DNA of 61,714 nt, filler included, from Hausera hauseri (Eukaryota): NCBI GenBank assembly GCA_046269625.1. It is 11 parts of 11 records of this genome, joined end to end, with 100 filler letters (N's around TTAATTAATTAA, not from the genome) between each part and the next. Parts side by side here need not be neighbours in the genome. Positions count along the whole stretch, not along the records: positions 49,978 to 56,669 come from JBJURY010074549.1; positions 56,770 to 61,714 come from JBJURY010384257.1; 9 more parts are not named here. One strand, written 5' to 3'. Shown piece by piece: positions 50,401 through 61,714 of this stretch (within the stretch, counting starts at the first letter, position 1; the number at the start of each line of letters is the position of its first letter). Below the pieces are notes generated by a model, which saw nothing but the letters and a program-made list of their open reading frames with translations, ran no database searches and was not told where the DNA came from. Both the position numbers and the translations under genes were made by a program.

Positions 50401-50560
50401 AGAATCAGATAATCAGTTTTCTTTTGATTTTAATCATTACAAAACAATCCATTTAAAAAGAAATAAATCGTTAAATTTTGGTTTAACTCTGTTTTGTCTT
50501 ATTCTTATATTACTCTCCTATGGAATTATTAGAAATTGTCATATATTCACATGAACAACA

Positions 50561-51726
50561 ATGGATGTAGGCTTCGAATCCATACATACAGATATCGTCG
50601 GTCCTCTTCCTCTTGACAACGGTCATCACTTCATTTTGACCATGATGGATCGCGCCTCACATTGGCCAGAAGCTGTCCCTTTACGAAGCACTAACACGGA
50701 TACTATAGCCGAAGTTTTCATCCGCATTTGGATCAGCAGGTTCGGATCTCCTAGATTTATCATGTCGGACCAAGGCCACCAATTCCAGTCCAATCTATTC
50801 AAATCACTTGTTAGCAAATTAGGAATCCATCATATACACACTACGCCTTATCATCCACAATCAAATGGTCTTATTGAGAGGTTCCACAGAACACTGAATA
50901 CTTCGCTAAAGATCCTCGCTAAATCCAACAGTAGTTGGACTGTTCTTCTTCCTTTGGTTTTGCTTGGTTGGCGGAACACTCCATCTACTTCCACAGGATG
51001 CTCACCTACCCAAGCATTATTTGGAACACCTGTTCGCTCCTTGTTCGAGTTAACCGCACTAGATAATACGCCTACAGATGAAAAGATTAAAGTAGCACAG
51101 GACCATTTCATTGAAGTCAGTAAAGACTCATTTTGTAGAATACTACACAATTATAAAACATATTTACCTGACGACTTGTATTCTGCACAGTTCGTTTGGC
51201 TGCGTAATCAAACACCGTGTGGCTTTCAACCGCAGTATCTCGGGCCTTATAAGCTAGTTCAACTATTTTCTCACAACGCTATAATCCTTAAAGATGGAAA
51301 AGAACTAACAGTCCATATAAATAATGTGAAACCTGCCTTTTTGTGGATGACACCTCTCCAACTGAAACTTCGACGAATTTTCTGACTCCTAGATTTCCTT
51401 CTGTTTCTACTCCTGACTCTACTCCTACTACATTTTCTCCGGTTCCTGATTCTGTTCACACATTCACTCCACCTACTATTCCTACCCCTACCACTCCTTC
51501 ATTTTCTCCTCCCACCTTCTTACCAACAACTACTTTTCCTTCTCCGAGTTTGTTTCAGCAAGACACCACATTTAACGCGACAGATTGTAATATCTTCCCT
51601 TCCAAAGAATTTCAGCAAACGGAGACTAAAGAAAAGAGATTGCACAAAACTGTCACTTTCAGCAAGTACAGTAAGGAGAGAAACATCGAAGGCATACAAC
51701 GCCTGGTAAACACCAAAACCGAATAG
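50561..51726 (+). pseudogene. pol: Ty3/Gypsy integrase core with S/P/T-rich tail
   Basis: DIVGPLP, WPEAVPL, SDQG, TTPYHPQSNGLIERFHRT, YLGPY; frameshift into the tail; homologous to 19195-20840. Confidence 0.92.
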
Positions 51727-51828
51727 TAAAACCACAAATCTGTCACATAAGACCACATAGTCAGTTCAAACTATTTCATTCTACGTTCGCTTACTATCTC
51801 TTTTATCTTTACAGTCACACCTCGCCAC

Positions 51829-51841
51829 GGGGGAGGGGGGG
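51829..51841 (+). promoter_or_regulatory. Polypurine tract
   Basis: gggggaggggggg downstream of the integrase tail. Confidence 0.7.
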
Positions 51842-52009
51842 TAATTTTATGATCAACGAAATTATGGTTCCGTTTTTATTTCATTTTTTGTGTTAAGTGT
51901 AATTACAATTTTATCGTGACTTCTTTTCCATCTGCTGACGAATTGTTGTGTTTTGGTGTTTTATTTTGTCGTGCAGTGCTCCTCGTCGGGACTACAATCA
52001 TTTAAAACG

Positions 52010-52185
52010 AATCAACATTTTACCGAAAAGAAAATATTTATTGAATTTTACCAAAGTAAAAATTTTAGGAATTTTCCTCAGTGTTCTACCAAAACAGATA
52101 TATACATCGAACTTTGATGTCGACATGAATCAACGTTCTACCGAAAAGAAAATATTTATCGAATTTTACCAAAGAAAAATTTTCT
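52010..52185 (+). repeat. Short direct duplication (about 56 bp, period about 118 bp)
   Basis: atcaac..taccgaaaagaaaatatttat.gaattttaccaaag at about 52011 and 52129. Confidence 0.75.
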
Positions 52186-52342
52186 AAACTGTACAGAAAT
52201 ATATATCGTGTATATGGAGTAATGATTTTATGGACAATTGATTTTTGTTATGATATTTGAATTTGTAGTGTTTAGAAGATATTAAATCTCGTTATCCCAT
52301 CTTTTGTTGTACATTTTGGATATAATAACCAAAAAACTACAT

Positions 52343-52352
52343 TGGTGTCAGA
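52343..52352 (+). promoter_or_regulatory. PBS-like TGGTGTCAGA after an ...ACTACA LTR-like end
   Basis: Complementary to the tRNA-Leu(CAA) 3' end; ATG follows at 52382. Confidence 0.55.
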
Positions 52353-52539
52353 GAATTTCCTACAATTTTGTCAGAACCAACATGCTTAACAGAAGTTGCA
52401 GTAAAGAAACCACAGTAGCTCCATTTAATAGATATCAGTTTTTAAAGATCATGTCAAAAATTAATTTTATTTCTGATGTTGAAAATATAAATATTCGTTT
52501 TAAAGCCATGCTTCCTAATAGAATACTCTTATTGACAGA

Positions 52540-53514
52540 CACTGAATTTAACGAATTACGACAAATTATTACTAATCCGGATACAAATAAACCGAAAAAA
52601 TTTGGGGATATTGAAAATTCCTAAATTAGCAGAAACACTGGAGATTTTGGCAAACGAACCGTATGCAATAAAAATGGATCTTTGATTCAAACGGTCGTCG
52701 ATGAAATCCGTAATGCCAGTGGTATCTTAACAGTAGGAGACTTTGAAAAGTATGAAACAATTTGGCGAAAACCTGCGGAAGTTGGATTAATAGATAATGA
52801 TGTTTTATATACTTTGCCACCTCCATCAAGTGGAATTTTAGTTGGGCTGATACTCAATATTTTAGCAGAATATTCATTTGATTCTAGTTTCGTCCATGAT
52901 TGTAAAAAAGCCGGTTTATTTTACCATCGTTTGGTTGAAATTCGTTTACGGACAAAGATCAGCTCTAGGAGATATGGATTGCGTAAACATCACTAAAATA
53001 ATGGCAGATCTCACATCGGACAAATTTGCCCAGTGGATAAAATCTAAAATATCAGACGATAAAGTCCATCCAGTGAAATACTATGATCCACAGTTTGAGG
53101 TGAAGAAGATCAGGGAACCTCTCACTTCAGTCTTATTTCTCCTGACTGTGATGCAGTCTCCGCAACATCTTCAATTAACTACTTATTTGGTTCATTGGTA
53201 ATGGGATCGAAAACCGGAATTTTGTACAATGATAAAATGGATGATTTTTCTACACCGAACGTATCCCATGTTTACAAATTACCCCCATCGTCAGCTAATT
53301 TTATCCGACCGTATAAACGTCCAATGTCACCGATGAGTCCTAGAATTATCGCGGATAAGAATGGAGATGTAAAAGTCGTTGTTGGTGCCGCTGGAGGTAG
53401 CAAAATACTATCGAGTACAGCACAGGTTGCGGCCTTGTCTACTGTATTAAATTTATCAATTAAACAGTCCATTGATTCACCCAGAATAAGTCATCAATTA
53501 CTTCCCAATGTTGT
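52540..53514 (+). pseudogene. GGT: Gamma-glutamyl transpeptidase fragment (large subunit end plus small subunit)
   Basis: LRQIITNPDT..GD, LAETLEILA, PPPSSG, YHRLVE, GILYNDKMDDFS, NFIRPYKRPMS, GAAGGSKI, PRISHQLLPN; frameshifts; no intron. Confidence 0.92.
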
Positions 53515-53516
53515 CA

Positions 53517-54425
53517 TACTTCCCAATGAATCGGGAGTGGTTTTGTCCCTCGAAAGTGATTCCGATGACTATCTAATATTAGAAATGGCGGGCAGATTAC
53601 TCCGCAGTATGTACAATTGGGGAAGTTGTTACAAGAGAAAAGTTTCCGAAGGTAGTTTCATAAACGACGGATGGTGGCATTTCGTTTCTGTCGTTCGGCA
53701 ATTATCGGATTCACATTCATTTGCGTTTCGAGTCGATGGTCATCCCGACGGATCAAGAGCTCATTTACCTGTAGACATTGGAGGTGTGAATTTCAATTAT
53801 TTTGGAAATATGTATCTAGGTGAATACAAAGAAAATGAAACGATTATGACTCTTGACAAAGAAAAACCAAAATCAGTTGAAGGTTTTGATGAATGCATAT
53901 CATCATTTTTGGTAACCAATATTCTCACTGAAAATGAATCAGTGGAATACAAAGATTTTCTCAAACTAGTCACTGCAAAATATTATATATATTGCTCTGA
54001 AGATATGTACAATCAAGAAAATCAGTGCAGCAATGAAGACTGCTATTTTCAAGGAACTAGTATTCAACAGTGGAAAAAAATGCAATTCGATTGTTCAATG
54101 ACGTCTTTTACCGGTAACCGATGTCAAGATGTGTCTTCAACTGTACAGTTTATGAAATATCCCAGTTATTTTATCTTGAAGTACACATACAACATTAGTT
54201 ATTCAATTATTAAAATTGTATAGGGATTTCAAACAAACTCAGTGAAAATATCTAAACTAATCGTTCTCAACGACGAAGCAGCAAAAGAATTTCTCGAAAT
54301 TGGGATATACATTCAAATTAGAGCCAGTTTCATTCAACTGAACCGTAACACGGCGGATAAAACATATTATTTGTTAAAAAATCGAATAAATGTCGTCGAT
54401 GGATTTTACCATATTGCGAGATGTT
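53517..54425 (+). pseudogene. NRXN: Neurexin fragment (LNS-EGF-LNS)
   Basis: DYLILE, INDGWWHFVSVVR, MYLG; EGF C..QG..IQQW....DCSMTSFTG..C.D; GFQT, DGFYHIAR. Confidence 0.85.
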
Positions 54426-54640
54426 ACAGAAAGAAGAGTGTTATTGTTCTTTATCTGAGTAATGGGACGTTACAAATAAACACTTTCAACGATCACACAA
54501 AACTTGTATTATGTCCATGTTTGTCCGCCATTACATACATTGACGGTACCAAAACTTTTAGGACAATCCGAACGGATTATCTGCGAATTTCGGGAAAAAC
54601 TTTCGAAATGCATCAGAGATTGGAGTATTGCTTGAAGATT
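54422..54640 (+). pseudogene. PLK1: Polo-like kinase polo box 2 fragment
   Basis: SVIVLYLSNGTLQINTFNDHTKLVLCP..SAITYID..FRT..RLEY. Confidence 0.88.
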
Positions 54641-54649
54641 ATCTCACTC

Positions 54650-56029
54650 ACAATTCAAAAGGAATATCTATCTCATCTAAAAATTGATGGTGGTGCCAAA
54701 CAAAGTATGTGGAAAAATGAAACTAAAATTGATGAGTTACGTATAGAAATATTGAATATATACTCTTGGGTATACATTAAACATGATAGTTATCGTTGTC
54801 GGTTTAGTGAAATAGTGCATGAAATGAATAGTGATTGTATTATCCCAAAGTACTGGTTGTCACTCAAAATAGAAACCACCCCGTATATCGAAGAACGATT
54901 AACCGACTCACTTTTTACCGATTATCAATTTTCTGACAATCACATTACTGCCAACAGTTCTTTTAACGATAGAATTGAACCAGCTGGTAGATAGATACGA
55001 AGCCTCAAAGATAAGACTTATTATGTCTGTGCTAATTGTGTAGAGTTCCGAAAAATCGATTTGGACCCATCAAAGAGATACCCATCGTTTCAGAATCGAC
55101 TCAGTCATCACGCGGAAACGTCAAATCATTTAATTGCAACCAAAATGTTCGATTATAGACGTCTGTCAAACGGCGCCAAGCTGACAAGTTCCGATGAGAA
55201 TCAGACAACATATTACAAACTGACGGGTTCGTCCCCAAAGTCGTTGTATATTCAGACCGCTCACAAGACAACTTGACGCAAAGAAATCGATCCGCAGTCT
55301 CCATAACGCAACATGATACCACCGATCAGGGAGAAACCTGTAAACGATGAGGTTAGATTCACCATTATACATTGTTCAGTCAGCGAATATTTTTATACAT
55401 TTTTTATTCATGATATTTACCCATTTTTCTCCTACTTTGTCCATTATATAGGTAACACAACATCGCCTTCCTTTGGTTTTGTAAGTAGGGAAATATCTGA
55501 ATCTTGCTTACATAGTCGCAACAACAGTTTTTGACTTGATGTATATTCATATATGCGTTTAGCCCATACCATTCGTTGTAAGATATTCAACTACGTGTTC
55601 ACGACTTTTCTTAGATCATTTTTTAAAACTATATTCCAGTCTCTAGATTTCGTTGAAAATAAAACGATTAACGATTACAGTACACCTATAACAATGTATC
55701 TACTGTTGGCCATTTGTAAAGATCAAGGCGTCAGTGAAAAACTATATTTTCTATGTGGATTCACATCCAAATCTCCATCTACCATTGGTAATATTCGAAT
55801 GCTAACGGAACAGACTATAAACTTCTTTAACTATCCCGTAAAAGCCAGAAATTCAGTTGTAATAAATAGTCACATACAAATTATACTTGATAATAGTAAT
55901 CACTTGAATAGTACGCAATTTATGGAAATATTCATTTATTCTTTACGAGATTTTGTGGATAATAGGATAAACATTATGTCATGGGGAAAATTGGATTATG
56001 CTGAGATGGTATTCATCATTTTATATTGA
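54650..56029 (+). pseudogene. Degenerate integrase-like module plus hydrophobic segment and unknown downstream protein
   Basis: SFNDRIEPAGR*IRSLK weakly resembles NGxxERxNRxIK; 55060-55480 is homologous to 10060-10545; same frame as the upstream mosaic. Confidence 0.45.
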
Positions 56030-56669
56030 CTACGTGGCATTTCTGTTCTATGTGGCCGTAGATGTAAAATTAGTACAGGATCACACATCATGCGCAGACG
56101 TCATGTGCATCTACCTTGCCTATAAACGAGGGATTTAGTAAGATCGAACATTATTGCAGTGTTGAGAAGAATAGTCCGTTTGAAGTACGGAATGCTTTAC
56201 TCTATCCGATGCCCGATCATACTCCATTGTACAATACGACCATACATATAAACCTTTTTTCTGCATGATGATCAATTGGAAGGAAATATTCTACATTTCT
56301 AGCATCGGTAAAAACAATTTGCGAGCTTGTATGTTTAATAGTAAAGTTACAAACGGACGAAAATAATCAACCAGAAATTATCGTCTTTTCTCGTTGATTG
56401 TCAAACCCAGTATGACGGATATAAACGAGGTTTTGTTGGAGTAGTGAATAATAGAACTGTTTCGATTATAAATCTCCATGTGACGCTGTTAAGTATCAAA
56501 CACGAATTTCCGAATTGGCGATTTATGACCATTCAAACTTTTCTGCGTTTTTCCCACAAGGAATTACCTGAAACACAAAACTTACGGTGCGCCGTTATTT
56601 ATTTGATAATTTTCCAACTTATGCCCTTTTCGAATCATAATTTAACAACATTGGTCGTTTTCTGTCAGG

Positions 56670-56769
56670 NNNNNNNNNNNNNNNNNNNNNNNNNNNNNNN
56701 NNNNNNNNNNNNNTTAATTAATTAANNNNNNNNNNNNNNNNNNNNNNNNNNNNNNNNNNNNNNNNNNNN
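56670..56769. other. Artificial contig linker
   Basis: 44N-TTAATTAATTAA-44N. Confidence 0.99.
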
Positions 56770-57138
56770 ATAGATCATGTGCCTCAAGAAAATCTGAGCC
56801 TATTATGGGAGATTTAATATTTGCCACATGGAACTTTTAGACGAGCTTATCTGGCAAGTTGTCGAATATAAAAGTAAGTTCCGTAGTTCCTGCAACGTGA
56901 AACGGTTGCCCACTGGCAGTGAAGAGTGGTGGGCAAGAAATTATAGTGGATGTAGGAATGAAGAACAAGAGAAGAATCGAAAAGGCAGCTCTTGAATCTA
57001 TAAGGAAGTCGATATGCGAGATGTCTCTGCATAACAGTTCAGCTTTCAACAGAAAGACTGCAAAGACGGTGTTAAAACGGCCAGAAGATTAAGCGATATT
57101 GCCTGCGGCAGAATGTGCCGTAAAATCTGGCTGCATTA
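56770..57138 (-). pseudogene. pol: Ty3/Gypsy aspartic protease (pol start)
   Basis: FLIDSRAAFSIL, LFTASG, PIIGSDFL. Confidence 0.85.
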
Positions 57139-58140
57139 CTAGTTTTTTGAAGGATTTGGAGAAAGGAAAGAAGAGGAAGAAAAAGGAGGAGATTTATCTT
57201 TGTAGTATTTACAACCAGGCACACATGACCTGGCCTGTGACTGATATTTGTTGTAGTATATGAAAATATGGTTGTTCACAGCGTATCGCTTGCTACAGAA
57301 TCGACAGCCCAAGAAGCATTTCCTTGCATTCTTTCGAAATCGCGTGTGATAGAAGTACGTCATACGTCCACCAGATGAAATGGATCGAGTAGCGTGTCTT
57401 GAAATGCTTCGCTCCCTTGGAAGTCTGGTGTTACTTTGTCGAGGCCCATCTAGATTGTTTAGTTGGGTGGTAATTGCTGAAACTGACTGCTGTAACGTGT
57501 CAAATTGTTGTTGCATCATTTTCAGTTGTTGAGCGAAAGACGTGGCGTCTATATTTTTCGTATGTGTGGTTGCAGCTGCAATTTGGAGAGAATTATTGGT
57601 GTGGAGAATCTCAAAGGATCTGTCAGTCATTATGGCCAGTTTTTTGATAGCAGTGGACTCGTCGACAACGGTGAGAAAGGTTTTGATTGAGATAGGCAAA
57701 GAAGACAAAAAATAACGGCGAATTAAATCCGCGTTATTTGTAGGGGTTACTCCTAAAGCACTAAGCTGCAGAATGGCCGTTTGGAGGAAATAGGATGGCT
57801 TTTGGTTTCCTATCACATGATCGTTAAAGTATTTTCGTATGATGTGATCTATCGAGGGATCTATGATATGGAGTACAGCCTCACAGAGTGTTTCGTAGGG
57901 TGTCGATGATTGGAGCAATTCGGAGATGTTACTGATTTGCTGTTGACGTTGGCAGGCAGAAGAATCGAAAGACTATTGGCTCGCGCAAAAGAGTCGGTGA
58001 TGTTGTTGGATTTAAGCAACTGTTGGTGGAATTGGAGTCACAGTTTGCTGGAATTGTTTTTATCTAGAAAAAATCCATATAGGGTAGATTTAGCAAAGCT
58101 CGTGTTTGTTGACAATTTGGTAGACGATAAATATTGTATG
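57139..58140 (-). pseudogene. gag: Ty3/Gypsy gag (DUF7041-like type)
   Basis: GNQKPS, FLSSLP, two YH..F/Y...A..C..GC motifs; homologous to 8270-9200. Confidence 0.82.
57142..57148 (-). promoter_or_regulatory. -1 ribosomal frameshift slippery site A AAA AAC
   Basis: In gag phase directly before TAG; the -1 frame is the protease frame; downstream stem-loop possible. Confidence 0.7.
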
Positions 58141-58539
58141 TAATCGTGGATTTATAATCCTAGAAAAACGGATTTGAGTCCGATCCACCCCTAAGGCGAA
58201 AATAAAGCATGAGATGGGTGACTGGACATTCGTGGCTTGCGAAAGACAAAAGGGTGTCGACAGGATGTACAGTGATACCTCAATGTGTGAAATAAAAGTC
58301 AGAAGTGTCGAGTGAGGAGGATAACGAGTCGTATAAGGATTGGGCTGTGCCGTTGAGTAGGGCTCTTAATGTTATCATGTGTTGAGTGTTGCTGAAGACC
58401 AGGAAGGAGAGTTGCAGCGAAGCAATCCCAGGAGAACGGTAAAATGCATGGGGAGCTTGGGCGGTTTCCTTCTGGGTTACTTAGTGTCGGACATGCATCC
58501 GGGGAAGTAGTAGCAAATGATGATTCTGATAAAGGAATA

Positions 58540-61500
58540 TCCAAAGTTATTGGACTTGAAAACCCTTTAATATGAAAATAAATGTTGGCTATGAAAGATT
58601 TATATATGCGCAAACAGTGGTCGCACTGGTGAGTGAAAATCAGCAAAAAGAATTTCACCAACCTGTTTCCGAATGTGATGTTGCCGTTATCTCGCGGTAT
58701 CTCCAATGAATCGTCAATGTGGCCTGGTCTAGACAATTCGTAATTGACGAGTCTTGATTGGACGGACAAATACACGCTCGGAGAATGCCACCAGATACTG
58801 TTGGAATACTCTAACAAACTTGTTCAAAACGGAATCCGACGCTATGGACAGGTATTTTAACGCAATTGTATAAAATGTCCGCTGAACGAATAATATCGAC
58901 TTATTCGGCAGCAGTTGAGTTCCGTCGGCGTAGTGCTGTTTCTCTAACGCAAGAGTCATACAAAATCGGAACATACCGAATGTAACTTGCAAAATCGCCG
59001 TCGGCAATTTGTTCAAGATTGTGCACAATTGATAACAGTTTATTCGTTATTCCATCGTGAAGCATTCAGGAACAAAAATATAAAAAGAGGATCGTTTGTC
59101 AGACTGTCGATGTGGGTTAGGACAGCGTTTTCTAGAACGGACAAAGGAGATTTGTTGACAATCGACGAATACGTCTGTGAAATAACAGATCGAAATTCAT
59201 GGTGTTTAAAATGGTCGAGTATGTCAAATGAAATTTGAAAAGGTTCTGTTGATTGTCTCAATATCCGCAGATCCAATTGTTGAACATAACAGCAACGTTA
59301 TTACGATTTGATTGAATCCATTCGAATGATGATAAATTGACAATAATTCATCGAGTAGTGTTCGTTTCAATCTACAATAATAACAATAATGAAAAAGGGT
59401 AACAGAAATTCGAATATTTAGCACACACACACACACACATACAGCCAAGCCAACTCTGTACCTAATTCCACAAGTTTTATCCAATTTACATATTGCAATG
59501 CAAACATTTTCAATAACTTCTCTGTCCAATTCAATCAAATTGCCAATTATTCGATGGAAAAAATCGGAAAATCCATCAAAATCACCATGGGAATATTTAT
59601 CAACGATATCAATCAATACCGATGATGCAATTTTGTTAACGTCACTATTCAACAAATGCTTATCAATTATGGCGAGGACATTACGAATATTCGATTGAGG
59701 AAAACAACTCAATAATTTGATGGAGATTTGCTGCAGAACGAATGGGATATTCGAGTCATTACAATTGGTGAATAGAAATCCAAATAAGTCATTTCGTGAA
59801 CACAATTCATCACTAGACCGAAATAAAGATGGGGCGAATTCGAACAATGCCAATTCGAGTTCGGTAATTGATTCCGTAATTAATTTGTCGATAGTAAGTT
59901 TGATAATCGTTATTCGAAATTCAATGACGGCATTGACATCGGTAACGTAATTAACAGTCGTATTACATTCCGGTGGGCAAATATCAAATAACGTATACTC
60001 CATCAATAAACGGAATAACACAACCAAATAGGCGATTTCGTCATTCGATTTGACAACATTTACGATTTTGTTTTTGAATAAAAAGAAAATTTTGATAAAG
60101 AAACATCGAATATCGTTGTTATCCATAATACCTATCACCGAATAACAAATAATAAACAACGGAATCACAAAAATACCAACCCTTGTATTTCGAATGGTTT
60201 GAATTCGCGTTTAGAATTCTCGCTACCGTTTGCAAACGTTCGATATCCTAACAACGAAATTCGTATAACAGAAAAGACAATCGCCAATGAAAATACTCGC
60301 AATTCATCTTTCTGACAAAATCCGATAATTATCGGCATTAAACTCGCACAAACCGCACACCAAATTGGTGACGTATTCTCAATAGAACGCAACAGAAAAT
60401 CGACAGCTTTCGATTCGGTACCGGCTGCAACGGGAATGAATCCTAATCATAGAATTGTATCATTCATCACAACGACAACAACAACAAAACAAACATACGG
60501 TCACATAACGATTTTGCAAAATCCAACAATTGAATTTCATTGGCCTGAAAATAACACATCGAACTGCGATTCAAATTTTCCAAATAAAAATGAACATTTC
60601 TCACTTTTTCCTCAAAACATTTGGACATTTCATCCAAACAACGTTCAACGAGACGATCGGTTTGGCGATCATTATTTCTAAACAAATTGTACAGACAATC
60701 CAAAATCGACATGTAATAGGCGAACAAATCGCCGAAGTTCATTTTCCAAATACCATCCGCCAGAATATCCAACGAATCCAATTGGGCGGAAACAACATCG
60801 CTGCTGAACTTTTCAATGAGCATCGGAAACAATTGAGTTCCGTAAAATAGCGATGCAATAATGCTCAATTTGTTGGCTTCGATCAGTGTCTCCTTGGTGA
60901 ATGTTTCGTGAATCGATGGTTTAAATTGAACGGAAAAGTGAGCTGTGATGGTATGAAAGAAATCTTCATAGCAACGACTCAAATCCAAATTTTCTGCAAT
61001 GACCTTATTTAATCTCATAACCAATAAAACAGTTTGGGGAATTTTCACCATCGATAGCAATATGATAATTTTCAATAAAATGAATTCCGAGACTCATTTT
61101 AACCGGGGAAAAATTTGAAAACGTCAGCGTTCAATAAAATTAGTGCGTCAATAATTCTCAGAGCATGGCTAACGGTAAAATTAATTTTATCCATCAATGC
61201 TGTGATTCCATTTAATATACCGGGTAAAAGCTTATAATGAACAGTAAGTATACTTTCATAAAGTATGTTGCTGAAGCATTTTCGTTCTTCTTTAAGGAGA
61301 TCGGGTTAGAAAAAATTTGTTGCAAACTGAGCGGCATGAGAAACGAATTGTTTTAGCAATTGAGCATCGCCAAGAAGCCATTCGGATAAATGGGGTTTCA
61401 ATGAAATAACGAGAACAACGGCCAATTGAACTTTAAGAATGTTTTCACTCATTTTTTGAAAAATCCCATTTATCCAAAATATCATAAAGTAACTCAATAA

Positions 61501-61714
61501 TTGAAATTCGGTTAGACACTAACTGAATCAGATTCTAAAGACCCAGCAACAATTGTCTGGAACGACACCAATATCTCATCAGTCAATTTTTTTCTTTCAA
61601 ATTATTATTAAATAAAAATATTTGTCGAAACGTTTCTTTCAAACACAACTATTGGGTCAATATTCAGCAAAACAGAGTAACCGACAACATTGAAGCAAGG
61701 AAAAATTCGTAACG
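58540..61714 (-). pseudogene. Large unassigned helical (ARM/HEAT-like) host gene, fragmented
   Basis: Successive Leu/Ile/Phe-rich ORFs (60467-61075, 60165-60392, 59224-60168, 59040-59276, 58729-59028); probable in-frame intron with a (CA)n tract near 59372-59460; family not recognised. Confidence 0.45.

Overview
This window is not one locus. It is 11 short contigs (C1 1-7091, C2 7192-11481, C3 11582-16700, C4 16801-23008, C5 23109-27843, C6 27944-33576, C7 33677-40544, C8 40645-45735, C9 45836-49877, C10 49978-56669, C11 56770-61714) joined by identical artificial 100-bp linkers (44 N + TTAATTAATTAA + 44 N). The DNA is AT-rich, eukaryotic and metazoan-like (fragments of neurexin, kinesin light chain, Polo box, FEM1, TMEM38, SELENOO with a 42-nt intron, an SLC22 exon). 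It is dominated by decayed transposons: several Ty3/Gypsy LTR elements, two hATm-like elements, a piggyBac and an RTE LINE. The most notable items are as follows. (1) Two related Ty3/Gypsy elements (C6, C7) with virus-like cargo. In C6 a chuvirus/gB-like glycoprotein gene sits directly upstream of pol. Both have a signal peptide plus a Cys-paired, FN3-like ectodomain after integrase, with a TM anchor in C7. C7 also carries a degenerate REX4/ISG20-like exonuclease and a RING finger. (2) An apparent transducing retroelement in C10: a PBS is followed by intron-less GGT, neurexin and Polo-box fragments joined in frame to a degenerate integrase-like/membrane module. The same module occurs in C2 fused in frame to a different host fragment (FEM1). 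(3) C1 is circularly permuted (77-bp terminal overlap) and holds a complete LTR element with a matching 5-bp TSD inside a 2.3-kb unit, which implies a DNA circle or a tandem array. All protein assignments come from motif recognition by eye; no database searches were run.
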